Part shown: piece after piece, positions 49,556 to 59,155 of the stretch
Layout: every line of letters starts with the position of its first letter
Position numbering within the stretch: position 1 is the first letter of the stretch
NCBI GenBank assembly: GCA_963772365.1
Contig: CAVYXA010000001.1
Coordinates: 736,001-800,000, forward strand
DNA length: 64,000 bases
DNA from: an uncultured Verrucomicrobiae bacterium
GTDB lineage: Bacteria; Verrucomicrobiota; Verrucomicrobiia; Chthoniobacterales; UBA10450
Direction of reading: 5' to 3'
Program-made: the position numbers and the translations under genes
Notes under the pieces: model-generated
What the model saw: only the letters and a program-made list of their open reading frames with translations
What the model was told of the DNA's origin: nothing
Database searches by the model: none

Positions 49556-51439
49556 TCAGCTGCCCGGTTCAAACGCCCGTTGCATCACATCGGCCAGATC
49601 GTGCCGCGTGAATGGTTTGGGAAGAGCCGCCCGGAAGCCGTAGGAAAGAAATTCGGACATTGCTGCTTCATCGGAGTAGCCACTGCAAATGATGGCTGTA
49701 ACCTCGGGATCCACTTTGCGCAGGCGCTCCATCGTTGCTACGCCCCCCATCCCGCCTCGAATGGTCGCGTCCAAAATGACAGCCTGAAATGTCTCGCCCC
49801 GGCGCAGCGCGCGTTCGTAAGTCTGGACTGCTTCAAGGCCGTCCGGCACCGTTGTGACCTCGAACCCGAGAGTAATCAGCAAATCGGAAATCAACTCGCG
49901 CACTGCCGCCTCGTCGTCCATAACCAAAACACGGTGATTATGAAATGATGTAGTGCGATCGGCGATCGGCGGCTCGATCACGATTGCGGTCTCATCAGCA
50001 GCCGGCAGATAGAAACTGAATATCGATCCTTCGGGTGAGGAGTTCTCGAGATGCAGCCAGCCACCATGCCTCTTCACTACGGAATAACTAATCGCCAGGC
50101 CAAGACCGCTTCCATTCGCCTTGGTCGTAAAATATGGATCGAAAATCTTCATCACAAAATCTTCCTCAATTCCGCAGCCGCGATCGGCCACGCTGATTTT
50201 GAGATAGCGCCCGGGAGGAAGCGGACCGGTCTCGCCTTCCAGTTTCAAATTACGGGCCGAGAGGCGAACGGTACCGCCATGAGGCATGGCCTCACGCGCA
50301 TTGATCAGAAGAGCATTAATGACCTGCTCGATCTGCCCGCGATCGACTTCTGCTTTCCAAAGATCGACAGGGATATCGATGTCAGCGCGCAAGTTCGAAC
50401 CATAAAGGCAGAACTCCGCCGCATGGGTGAGCAGCTCTGGAACCGAAAGCGGCCGTTTGAGCGGCGCACCGCCCTTCGAAAATGTAAGCAACTGTCCTGA
50501 AAGCCGGGCGGCATGTTGGGCCGCCTGGCCGGCTTTACCAAGAAACGACAACAGATTAGAAGCCCCGGGAGGCGCTTCGATTTGAGCCAGGCCGATGTTT
50601 CCTGAAATTACGGTCAGAATGTTGTTAAGATCGTGGGCAATTCCTCCTGCAAGCGTTCCAAGCGACTCCAGCTTACCGGTTGTCATCCGCTCCTCTTCAA
50701 TGCGCTTGCGTTCGGTCACATCGCGGAAGAAGACTGAGACGCCGCCACCGCTCGGGTACGCATTCATCTCAAACCAAACCTTCCCACTCGAATCACTCAT
50801 CTCGAACTCGACCGGAATCTGTTCGGTCATTACACGACGGAAGTTCTGCTCGAACGAAGAATTCTTGAGATGCGGAAATTCATTCCAAAAATACTTGCCC
50901 GAAAGGTCTCGCCGGGCGCGATCGAAAAGCTTCTCGGCCTGGGCGTTGACGTAAGTGAAACGCCATTCGCTATCAGTGGCAAAAAATGCATCTGTGGTCT
51001 TCTCGAGGATTTCGGTCATTCTGCGGGCCGTTTCCTGCAATTCGGCGCGGGCCTGATTGCGCTCGATCAGTGATAGAATTCGCCGCTCTGCTACAGAAAG
51101 CCGGATGTTCAGCAGAGCGAGATCGAACGGTTTGGTGAGATAATCGTTGGCGCCGTATTTAAGCGCCAGTTCCAAATCATCCGATTCTGCGCGGGCCGTA
51201 ACCAATAGGATAAAGATTTCATCCCCGCGCGGCCGTTGCCGCAATTCGCGGCAAAGATCCAGTCCACTTTTGCCTGGCAACATCCAATCCAGAATCAGGA
51301 AAGAAAACTCGCCGGTATTTAAAGCTTGCTCAGCCTCTTCGGCTGTCCCCACAGCCACGACTTCGTGACCACGACGCTCAATCAGACGTTGCAAAGTCCG
51401 CCGGCTATCCGGATGATCTTCTACAAGCAAAATTCTCAT
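49556..51439 (-). CDS. Hybrid sensor kinase (REC-PAS-HisKA-HATPase-REC)
   Basis: [31 protein letters not shown] and GSGLGL. Confidence 0.95.
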   Translation of the reverse strand: MRILLVEDHPDSRRTLQRLIERRGHEVVAVGTAEEAEQALNTGEFSFLILDWMLPGKSGLDLCRELRQRPRGDEIFILLVTARAESDDLELALKYGANDYLTKPFDLALLNIRLSVAERRILSLIERNQARAELQETARRMTEILEKTTDAFFATDSEWRFTYVNAQAEKLFDRARRDLSGKYFWNEFPHLKNSSFEQNFRRVMTEQIPVEFEMSDSSGKVWFEMNAYPSGGGVSVFFRDVTERKRIEEERMTTGKLESLGTLAGGIAHDLNNILTVISGNIGLAQIEAPPGASNLLSFLGKAGQAAQHAARLSGQLLTFSKGGAPLKRPLSVPELLTHAAEFCLYGSNLRADIDIPVDLWKAEVDRGQIEQVINALLINAREAMPHGGTVRLSARNLKLEGETGPLPPGRYLKISVADRGCGIEEDFVMKIFDPYFTTKANGSGLGLAISYSVVKRHGGWLHLENSSPEGSIFSFYLPAADETAIVIEPPIADRTTSFHNHRVLVMDDEAAVRELISDLLITLGFEVTTVPDGLEAVQTYERALRRGETFQAVILDATIRGGMGGVATMERLRKVDPEVTAIICSGYSDEAAMSEFLSYGFRAALPKPFTRHDLADVMQRAFEPGS

Positions 51440-51652
51440 TTTGTTCCATCAGCAGCATGCTTTCCGCCGGTGCACTTTGTTATCGCAAGAGTGCTCCCGT
51501 GGCGGTCGCTGCGTTGTGCAAAACAGGAGCAGGATGACTGCCAGTTGAGGTGACTCACTGCTCGATTGCTTATGGGCTCGACGGTTCCATTGGTGCCCTT
51601 GCGTTGGCCGTTGCTTCTGCTAGATAAGCTAATCTCAACCGCTGCCTTTTCA

Positions 51653-52480
51653 ATGCGCCTCTTGGGTCTGCTCGTTCTTAGTTTTGTCGGGCTCGCTGCG
51701 ATCAATTTGACGGAGGCTCAGACTTCTTCCTTGCCACAAGTGCCGAAGAAAGTTGCCCCGGCAATGCCAGCTGAGACTCAAATCACGTTCAACTCAGTGC
51801 ATGTCGATGGTCCCTATATTGCCTTGACCTTCGATGATGGACCGAGCCCGAAACTCACTCCAAAGTTGCTCGATCTATTGGCCGAACATCACATCAAGGC
51901 CACCTTTTTTGTGATCGGGCAAAATGTAGTCGAGCATCCGGAGATCGTTGCCAGAGCGGTGCGAGAAGGTCATGAAATCGGCAATCACAGTTGGTCACAT
52001 CCGAACTTCGGGCACATGTCGGATGAGTCCGTGCGGCTCCAACTGAAACGGACGGATCAGGCAATCGAAAACGCAACCGGCTCGCGACCGGTATTGCTCC
52101 GGCCTCCTTACGGGTCCATTACGCCGCGGCAAAAGCGGTGGATCCACAACGAGTTCGGCTACGACATCGTCCTGTGGGACGTCGATCCTCTGGATTGGAA
52201 GCGCCCTGGTCCCACGGCTATTTTCAGTCGAATTATGAAAGCAACTCGCCCGGGGTCGATAGTGCTTTCGCACGATATCCATTTGGGAACAATCGAAGCG
52301 ATGCCGGCCATTCTCAGTCAATTGGAAGCACGCGGATTCAAATTTGTTACCGTATCCGAGTTGATTGGACTGGCCGCTGCGGCACCACCAAAGGCCTTAC
52401 CGGTATCGACCAGCGTCTCAGTCACCGCTCATTCAGTCGCGCCAGCACCGACTTCGTCCCCGCTTCATACTGGTCCGTAA
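51653..52480 (+). CDS. Polysaccharide deacetylase (CE4)
   Basis: ALTFDDGP, HSWSH, RPPYG and LSHD. Confidence 0.95.
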   Translation: MRLLGLLVLSFVGLAAINLTEAQTSSLPQVPKKVAPAMPAETQITFNSVHVDGPYIALTFDDGPSPKLTPKLLDLLAEHHIKATFFVIGQNVVEHPEIVARAVREGHEIGNHSWSHPNFGHMSDESVRLQLKRTDQAIENATGSRPVLLRPPYGSITPRQKRWIHNEFGYDIVLWDVDPLDWKRPGPTAIFSRIMKATRPGSIVLSHDIHLGTIEAMPAILSQLEARGFKFVTVSELIGLAAAAPPKALPVSTSVSVTAHSVAPAPTSSPLHTGP

Positions 52481-52500
52481 TTGCGAGTCCGGAAGGGACC

Positions 52501-54216
52501 ATGATAGCGGATCACTACCTCCAGCTTCGGAGCGACCTTGAAACTGCATTATCGGGGGTGCTTAAGCTTGCCTCGGAGATGCGCCGCTCCAGTGCGTCGC
52601 TCGATAGCATCCAGGGATTGTTTACCGATATTCGCGAGCCACTGCTCATCGTCGCCGTGGGTGAAGTGAAATCAGGAAAATCATCGCTCTTGAATGCACT
52701 TTTCGGTGAGGAATTTGCAAAAGTTGACGTTCTTCCGGCCACCGATCGGATTTGCATATTCCGATACAGCGAGCGCGAGAAATCTGTCGATGTTTCCCCG
52801 CAATTGGTCGAGCGCTACCTGCCCGTGCCATTCCTGCGCGATTTCAATGTTGTGGATACCCCGGGCACAAACACGATGGTCGCGGAGCATCAGCTAATCA
52901 CGGAAAGTTTTATTCCGCGGGCCGATCTCGTTCTCTTTGTCTTTTCCGTTGTAAATCCCTGGACCCAGTCAGCTTGGGATCTTCTGAGCTTTGTCCAAAA
53001 GAAGTGGCTTAAGAACGTGGTTTTCGTGTTACAACAAGCTGATTTGCGCGCCCCCGCCGAAATCGATGTAATTCGCCGGCATCTGCAGGAAACAGCGCTT
53101 CAGAAACTTGGTTTTGCGCCGCCCATCTTTGCTGTTTCCGCACGAGACGCATTGGCCGCGCGCTCAAGCGGACCGCTTGGAGTCGGTCTCAGCAAAGGTA
53201 ACGAATTTCCGGAGCTGGAAGCACAGATTAATTTGATCGTTACCGGGCCCGGCGCACGTACCCTCAAGTTACGGTCGGCTGCCCAGACGGGTCAGCTCAT
53301 GGTCAAAGAAATTACCAGTGAATTAAATGCTTCACTCGATGTGATTGCTCAGGACGAGGCGCAGCTCGCACGAGCGGAAGCTTTTTTGGAAACACGGAAG
53401 GAGCAAACTCTGCGACAAGTGGCCGGACTTCTGCGCGGTGTCGAGGAAGCGTGCCGTAAAGGCGCCGCCGAGGGACTGAAATTGCTCGAGACCAAGCTCT
53501 CCTTTTGGCGGACATGGAAAATGATCTGGTCGCGCGATGAATGGCAACACGAATTTCAATCGCAAATCGAAGCGAAACTTCGACAAGCCGTGGAGTATCA
53601 GGCGGAAAATGCAGTTCACCTGTTGGAGACTGACCTGCGCGCACTCTGGCCGCAGGTTCACGATCTTATCGACCAGCAACTGCACAGCGATTTACAGGAT
53701 AAGATTCCAAAAGCCGTTCCCGATTTCGTCCGGCAGCGACGAGAGCTGCTTCAATCCATCCAACTTGCATTAGGCGAGCGGATATCGGGCACGAACGTAA
53801 ACGAAACGCTGACGCAACTTTTTCGCGAAACGTCGACGATTTTACGAGTGCCTGCCGGGCTCGCGGCGGCAGGGGGAATTGCGACGTTAATCGCCGCCAT
53901 GACCAGCGCAGCTGTCGCCGATGTGACCGGCGTCCTGGCAGCGTCTGCGGCAGTAATCGGCACCATTCTCGCCGTAACTCAACGTCGAAAAATTTTAACC
54001 GCCTATCATCAGCAAATGGAAGCCAGACGCGTTGAATTAGTGCAGACAATCGAGCGGCAGCTCAATCACGCGATCAATCTGTTTTACACTGAAGTTTCAA
54101 CGGCTTTTCAGCCTCTGGCTGCTTTTTGCACAACTCAACGCCGAGTTCACGAGCCGCTGCTGAATCGCGCGCAGGAACTCGAGCGCAGTTTCGCCGGAGC
54201 GTTGTCTCGGCTGTAG
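52501..54216 (+). CDS. Bacterial dynamin-like GTPase
   Basis: GEVKSGKSS, VDTPG, a long helical stalk and a hydrophobic paddle. Confidence 0.85.
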   Translation: MIADHYLQLRSDLETALSGVLKLASEMRRSSASLDSIQGLFTDIREPLLIVAVGEVKSGKSSLLNALFGEEFAKVDVLPATDRICIFRYSEREKSVDVSPQLVERYLPVPFLRDFNVVDTPGTNTMVAEHQLITESFIPRADLVLFVFSVVNPWTQSAWDLLSFVQKKWLKNVVFVLQQADLRAPAEIDVIRRHLQETALQKLGFAPPIFAVSARDALAARSSGPLGVGLSKGNEFPELEAQINLIVTGPGARTLKLRSAAQTGQLMVKEITSELNASLDVIAQDEAQLARAEAFLETRKEQTLRQVAGLLRGVEEACRKGAAEGLKLLETKLSFWRTWKMIWSRDEWQHEFQSQIEAKLRQAVEYQAENAVHLLETDLRALWPQVHDLIDQQLHSDLQDKIPKAVPDFVRQRRELLQSIQLALGERISGTNVNETLTQLFRETSTILRVPAGLAAAGGIATLIAAMTSAAVADVTGVLAASAAVIGTILAVTQRRKILTAYHQQMEARRVELVQTIERQLNHAINLFYTEVSTAFQPLAAFCTTQRRVHEPLLNRAQELERSFAGALSRL

Positions 54217-54268
54217 ATCTGGAGATGGCTGGCCTAAATTGCCCCGCGACCAGCAACCGTTGCTCAGC

Positions 54269-55096
54269 TTACTTCTTGTTCGATTGTGTGCGCTGGGCGA
54301 ATTGCCGATCCAGCTGGCGACGCGCGATTACGAAATTGTTGTTCTCGCCGTAATTGCGCCATGGACCTGCCGCCACATCAGCAACATCGACAAACTTCCA
54401 GTCGGTAACATCTGTCGGCTGAAGGCGAAGATAATCCCGGACCGCCGGGGAAACATCCAGGCCCGCGCCACGGTTCAAGTTCGGCTTTGGTCGCTCGTTC
54501 TGGAAAACATATTGGTAATGATCCGTGCGGAAGGGGCCGCAATCCTCCCATTGCGCGTAACATGTACGGTTGCCCTTGCGAATCGCAATCCAACGATGTT
54601 GGCAGACCGATTGACCGGGTCCGGTATAGCTTTGCTTGAACCACGGAATCACCAAAGGCGCTTCCGGTTTGAATTGGCCATGGCTCACGTCGTTATAGGG
54701 AAGCGCGCAGTAGAATGGATTGAGCCTAGGGGTGAAGTTGGCGGGGATATAATTGCGACGGTGGGACGGATCGGGATTGTCGTAACCTCCATAATTGGTC
54801 GTCCAATTCAGATCCCACGAGCTCCGGTTGTTCGGGACTGGATTGTTATCGCCAGCCGATTCTCCAATCCAAAAAACCGTGGTTACAATGTTTGTCTTCC
54901 ACGGAAAGCGCTGAGTCGTCGGGCGTGAACTGGTCGGCACGAAGACCTGCGGCTCAACTTTCAACAGAGCTTTTTCACGCAATTGCCTTGCGTACCGTGC
55001 GAAATCAGCGGCCGTCGCGTAAGGGGAATCGGATTGAGCATGGGCGACAAGCGCGCCGCTGGACACCAAAAGAATATGCGTAATGAACCTTCTCAT
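54269..55096 (-). CDS. Secreted hypothetical protein, possibly double-psi-barrel type
   Basis: Signal peptide; FYCALP, AQWEDCGP and GLDVSPAV. Confidence 0.7.
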   Translation of the reverse strand: MRRFITHILLVSSGALVAHAQSDSPYATAADFARYARQLREKALLKVEPQVFVPTSSRPTTQRFPWKTNIVTTVFWIGESAGDNNPVPNNRSSWDLNWTTNYGGYDNPDPSHRRNYIPANFTPRLNPFYCALPYNDVSHGQFKPEAPLVIPWFKQSYTGPGQSVCQHRWIAIRKGNRTCYAQWEDCGPFRTDHYQYVFQNERPKPNLNRGAGLDVSPAVRDYLRLQPTDVTDWKFVDVADVAAGPWRNYGENNNFVIARRQLDRQFAQRTQSNKK

Positions 55097-55212
55097 CCGG
55101 GAATGTCGAGGTTGTTCTATCCGATAATCGCCTCCCAGGCAAGGCCTTTTACCCATCGATAGCCTTTGCCAATCGGAACCCTCTCTCTCTAAAGCACCAT
55201 CTATTCCAGTCT

Positions 55213-56802
55213 TCAGTCCCGATTCAGCAACGTATCGTGCTTGAACTGTTGATCTTCTGTCTTGGGATAATCGAGCGTATAGTGAAGGCCGCGGCTTTCC
55301 TTTCGAGTCAACGCTGAATCGACAATGAGGGCTGCCACTGTCGCAAGATTACGCAGTTCCAAAAGGTCTACCGAGATTTTAAAGTTCCAATAGAATTCGC
55401 GGATTTCACGTTGGAGATTGCGCAAGCGCGCGCTGGCTCGTTGCAATCGCTTGTCCGTGCGCACGATCCCAACGTAATCCCACATGAGCCGCCGGATTTC
55501 GTCCCAATTGTGATAAATCACGACCAACTCATCGACATCCTGAACATCGCCGGCTTTCCATTCCGGCAGCGAAATATCGCGACTCGAGCCGGGTTTTTCT
55601 ACAGCAACCTGCGCGGCTCGATGCGCCACTACCAACCCTTCGAGCAATGAATTGCTGGCCAGTCGATTTGCTCCGTGCAGTCCCGTGCAACCAACTTCTC
55701 CAACGGCGTAGAGACCTGGCAAACTTGTCACCCCGTTGACGTCCGTTTTGATTCCACCGCATTGATAATGCGCCGCAGGTACTACTGGAATCGGCTGTTT
55801 GGACATGTCGATCCCAAATCGTAAACAAGTTTCGTAGATGTGCGGAAACCGTTCCTGGATGAATTCCGGTGATTTGTGAGTGATGTCGAGAAAGACGCAT
55901 TGCGCCCCGGAACGCTTCATCTCGGCGTCGATCGCCCGGGCGACGATGTCTCGCGGCGCCAATTCCGCCCGAGCGTCGTATCGTTTCATGAACGCTTCGC
56001 CGAGGAAATTTCGCAAGATTCCCCCTTCACCACGCACCGCTTCGGAAATGAGAAATGACTTTGCTTTCGGATGAAACAGACAGGTGGGATGAAACTGCAC
56101 GAACTCCATGTTCGCGATCGTTATACCCCCGCGCCACGCCATGGCCACGCCGTCACCCGTGGCGATGTCGGGATTGGTTGTATAAAGATAAACTTTGCCG
56201 CAACCGCCTGTAGCCAGCACGACCCGATCTGAGCAGATCGTCTCTACTTTGCCGGTTTTTTCATCGAGAACATAGACCCCGAGACAGCGGTCTTCCGAAG
56301 CAAATCCAAGCTTTGCCGCCGTGATCAAATCGACGGCCATATGATTTTCCAGAAGATCGACATCGCCGTGACTTTCGAGTGCCCGCAGCAAAGTCTCTTC
56401 GATTTCCTTGCCAGTCGCATCGCGCACATGCAACACGCGCCGTTTCGAATGGCCAGCTTCGCGGCCCAGATCGAATTCGCGATGCCCGGAAACGTCTCGT
56501 TCATCAAATTCCAACCCCAGATCGATAAGTTCCCCGATCCGGTCCGGGCCTTCCGTTATCACTGTTTGGACAACGTTTTTATCGCAAAGGCCCGCCCCGG
56601 CTTCGAGTGTATCGCGCATATGCAGGTCGAACGAATCTTGCTTGCTCGTCACGCAAGCGATTCCGCCCTGCGCCCAAGCCGTATTCGAGTCTGCTCCTTT
56701 GCGCTTCGTAATGACCGCCACTGATCCGTGCCGGGCCACTTTCAGGGCAAAGCTGAGGCCGGCGATTCCGCTGCCGATCACGACAAAATCATATTGCTTC
56801 AT
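55213..56802 (-). CDS. nadB: L-aspartate oxidase
   Basis: GSGIAG, AQGGIA, EAGHS, QFHPT, SEAVRGEG and HGANRLASNSLLE. Confidence 0.97.
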   Translation of the reverse strand: MKQYDFVVIGSGIAGLSFALKVARHGSVAVITKRKGADSNTAWAQGGIACVTSKQDSFDLHMRDTLEAGAGLCDKNVVQTVITEGPDRIGELIDLGLEFDERDVSGHREFDLGREAGHSKRRVLHVRDATGKEIEETLLRALESHGDVDLLENHMAVDLITAAKLGFASEDRCLGVYVLDEKTGKVETICSDRVVLATGGCGKVYLYTTNPDIATGDGVAMAWRGGITIANMEFVQFHPTCLFHPKAKSFLISEAVRGEGGILRNFLGEAFMKRYDARAELAPRDIVARAIDAEMKRSGAQCVFLDITHKSPEFIQERFPHIYETCLRFGIDMSKQPIPVVPAAHYQCGGIKTDVNGVTSLPGLYAVGEVGCTGLHGANRLASNSLLEGLVVAHRAAQVAVEKPGSSRDISLPEWKAGDVQDVDELVVIYHNWDEIRRLMWDYVGIVRTDKRLQRASARLRNLQREIREFYWNFKISVDLLELRNLATVAALIVDSALTRKESRGLHYTLDYPKTEDQQFKHDTLLNRD

Positions 56803-57626
56803 CCCAAACGGATATTATCGATCAATCGAGTCTTGCCGAAAAACACTGCCAGCGCGAGGAGCGAGTTCGGCTGGATCGCGTCGAGCCGCTGCAATGCCTC
56901 AGCATCGACCAGTTCCACGTAATCGATCCGGGCAAGCGGCGCCCGACTGATGATGTTAGTGGTAAGATCGACAACGTCCTTCGCCGCCTTTTTCCCGGAG
57001 TTCCTCGCCGTAGTAAGCGCTTCATACAAAACAGCTGCCTGCTTTCGTTCCTCGGCATTCAAATATTGGTTGCGCGAACTGCAGGCGAGGCCGTCATCTT
57101 CGCGAACTGTCGGCACGCCGATGATCTCGGTCCTGAAATTTAGATCGCGAACCATCCGGCGAATAATTGCCAGTTGCTGAAAATCCTTTTCACCGAACAC
57201 CGCAGCGTCTGGCTGCAAAATGTTGAGCAGCTTCGCCACGACTGTGCAGACCCCGCGAAAATGACCCGGACGCGCTTTGCCTTCGAGTAGTTTTGATAAG
57301 CTCAGCTCGTCAACAAACACGGACCGATCTTCGAGGTACATTTCCTCAGGCGATGGTCGAAATAGAAGATCCACGCCTGCGTTTCGGCAGAATTCTTCAT
57401 CTGCTTCCCGCGGCCTGGGGTAGCGTTCGTAATCGCTTCCCGGCTCAAACTGAAGCGGATTTACGAAAATGCTGACCGCCACTTCACCGTTTCCACCCAC
57501 GTGCTCTCGCGCGACTCGGATCAATTCACCATGCCCCTTATGAAGCGCTCCCATCGTGGGAATTAACACGCGCGGCGCAGGTCGAGCCGACGCGTGCAAC
57601 TCGCGGATCTTGGTGCAAATCCTCAC
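56799..57626 (-). CDS. panC: Pantoate-beta-alanine ligase
   Basis: PTMGALHKGH, SIFVNPLQF, FGEKDFQQ, SSRN and RLIDN. Confidence 0.97.
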   Translation of the reverse strand: MRICTKIRELHASARPAPRVLIPTMGALHKGHGELIRVAREHVGGNGEVAVSIFVNPLQFEPGSDYERYPRPREADEEFCRNAGVDLLFRPSPEEMYLEDRSVFVDELSLSKLLEGKARPGHFRGVCTVVAKLLNILQPDAAVFGEKDFQQLAIIRRMVRDLNFRTEIIGVPTVREDDGLACSSRNQYLNAEERKQAAVLYEALTTARNSGKKAAKDVVDLTTNIISRAPLARIDYVELVDAEALQRLDAIQPNSLLALAVFFGKTRLIDNIRLG

Positions 57627-58330
57627 ATTTGATCCCCGACCGCCTCCATCCAGATCGCCTGGCGCGCAAAAGGGAATTTCCCCTGACCGAAATTTTTCCA
57701 GCCGGCACGCCTTGCCAGATCGCGTAATTCCGAAAACGTAAAAGAGCGTTTGGCGGAGAGTCGCGCGTCGAATCGCGTCATGGGCTCGCGAAAAATCAGC
57801 GCAGTTAGCAGATAAACGCCGGTCTTGAGAAACCGACTCCGCCTCAGATCCGATACGAGAACGAATTTGCGCGAGAGTTCACGGCAGCGCCGCAAGAGTT
57901 GAGTCGCATCGGATTCGCTGAAATGGTGCAGTGTCATCGTGTTGAGAACGAGATCGTATGGCGCGGCGGTGTCGAATTGTAAAATATCGTCTTCGTGATA
58001 AACGATCTCAGGATAATCGCCGCTCAATTGTTGTGCGATTGCGAGCGTGGCCGCTTGTCGATCCACCGCATCAATTTCGACGCTTGCGCCAATCGATCGT
58101 GCATGATCGACAATCAATCGCGGGATATCGCCGGAACCGGTAGCAAGATCGACAATTCGCATTTTGCTTCCTGGCTTAATCCACCGTCGGGCGAACGTTA
58201 AAACCAGCCGGTAACTTCCAAACCAACGATTGAGTTGCCGGATTCGTTCGAGATCGCGCTCCAATTCAATCGAAACCGGCTGCCGCCGGTCCATCATCTC
58301 CAGCACCGCCGGATCAAATTGGCGCTTCAC
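57623..58330 (-). CDS. SAM-dependent methyltransferase
   Basis: EMMD, VDLATGSGD, TLHHF and DLRRS. Confidence 0.88.
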   Translation of the reverse strand: MKRQFDPAVLEMMDRRQPVSIELERDLERIRQLNRWFGSYRLVLTFARRWIKPGSKMRIVDLATGSGDIPRLIVDHARSIGASVEIDAVDRQAATLAIAQQLSGDYPEIVYHEDDILQFDTAAPYDLVLNTMTLHHFSESDATQLLRRCRELSRKFVLVSDLRRSRFLKTGVYLLTALIFREPMTRFDARLSAKRSFTFSELRDLARRAGWKNFGQGKFPFARQAIWMEAVGDQM

Positions 58331-58339
58331 TTGCTAGCT

Positions 58340-58409
58340 TGTAGCGGCGGTCTGTGACCGTCGCAAATCTTCACTCCCCAAACCACGACGCTCATAGAGC
58401 GCCGCTACA
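58340..58409. repeat. GTAG-type REP doublet, copy 2
   Basis: TGTAGCGGCGGTCTGTGACCGTCGC...CGACGCTCATAGAGCGCCGCTACA. Confidence 0.85.
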
Positions 58410-59151
58410 GGGAAAGAAATTTCTTCCAGCCTTCAGGCAACTCCGCCGTCTCAATTTCGCTCGCGATACGTCCTTCAAATTCAGGACGAAAAGTTGTGCT
58501 GGTGCCATACACCATAATCACATCCTCAGTCCCCTCGGCTCGAATCGCGTGGGCCACTCCCGGCGGAATTACGATGCCGATGTTGTTGTGACTGCGATGA
58601 TTATCTCCATCGACAAAAAACCGCATAACTCTTCGGGTAAATCCAACACGCGTATCGCACAGAATCATTTCCGCGCGACCCTGAAGGAAAAACATCACGT
58701 CCCATTGCTCTTGGTCGTAGCGGCGCAGTGAGAAATTCTCCGGCTCATCGACAAACAATTGTCTCAACCAGTCTGCTGCCGTTTCGCCTTCAGGGATTGA
58801 CGGCGGATGGACATGAAAACCTTTGGCGCTGCCGGCAAACATCCGCGCGGCTGACCATTGCTTCGGCCAAAGCCCGATGCGCGCGAGAATCCCTTCGTCG
58901 CGCCGCACAAATTCGCCAAAAAAACCGCGATGCCGCTGCGGATAAACTTTCCGGGCAAAAATTTCAGCACCGGGAATCCAAACATCCTTGATCTCAGGCT
59001 TGCTCCGATCTGCTGCTGCCAGATCGCCGCCTTCAACACCGCGCGCTCCGAGTTCCTCGGCAAATGAACCCGCGCGATAGTCGCGAGAGGCAAGTAACTT
59101 CCGCGCGTTGGGTTCGATTCCTTGCCAGAGATCTTTGCCGCTCTTGTTCAT
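58405..59151 (-). CDS. RmlC-like cupin (dTDP-sugar epimerase-like) protein
   Basis: RGFFGEF, KGFHVH and IPPGVAH. Confidence 0.7.
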   Translation of the reverse strand: MNKSGKDLWQGIEPNARKLLASRDYRAGSFAEELGARGVEGGDLAAADRSKPEIKDVWIPGAEIFARKVYPQRHRGFFGEFVRRDEGILARIGLWPKQWSAARMFAGSAKGFHVHPPSIPEGETAADWLRQLFVDEPENFSLRRYDQEQWDVMFFLQGRAEMILCDTRVGFTRRVMRFFVDGDNHRSHNNIGIVIPPGVAHAIRAEGTEDVIMVYGTSTTFRPEFEGRIASEIETAELPEGWKKFLSL

Positions 59152-59155
59152 TTCA

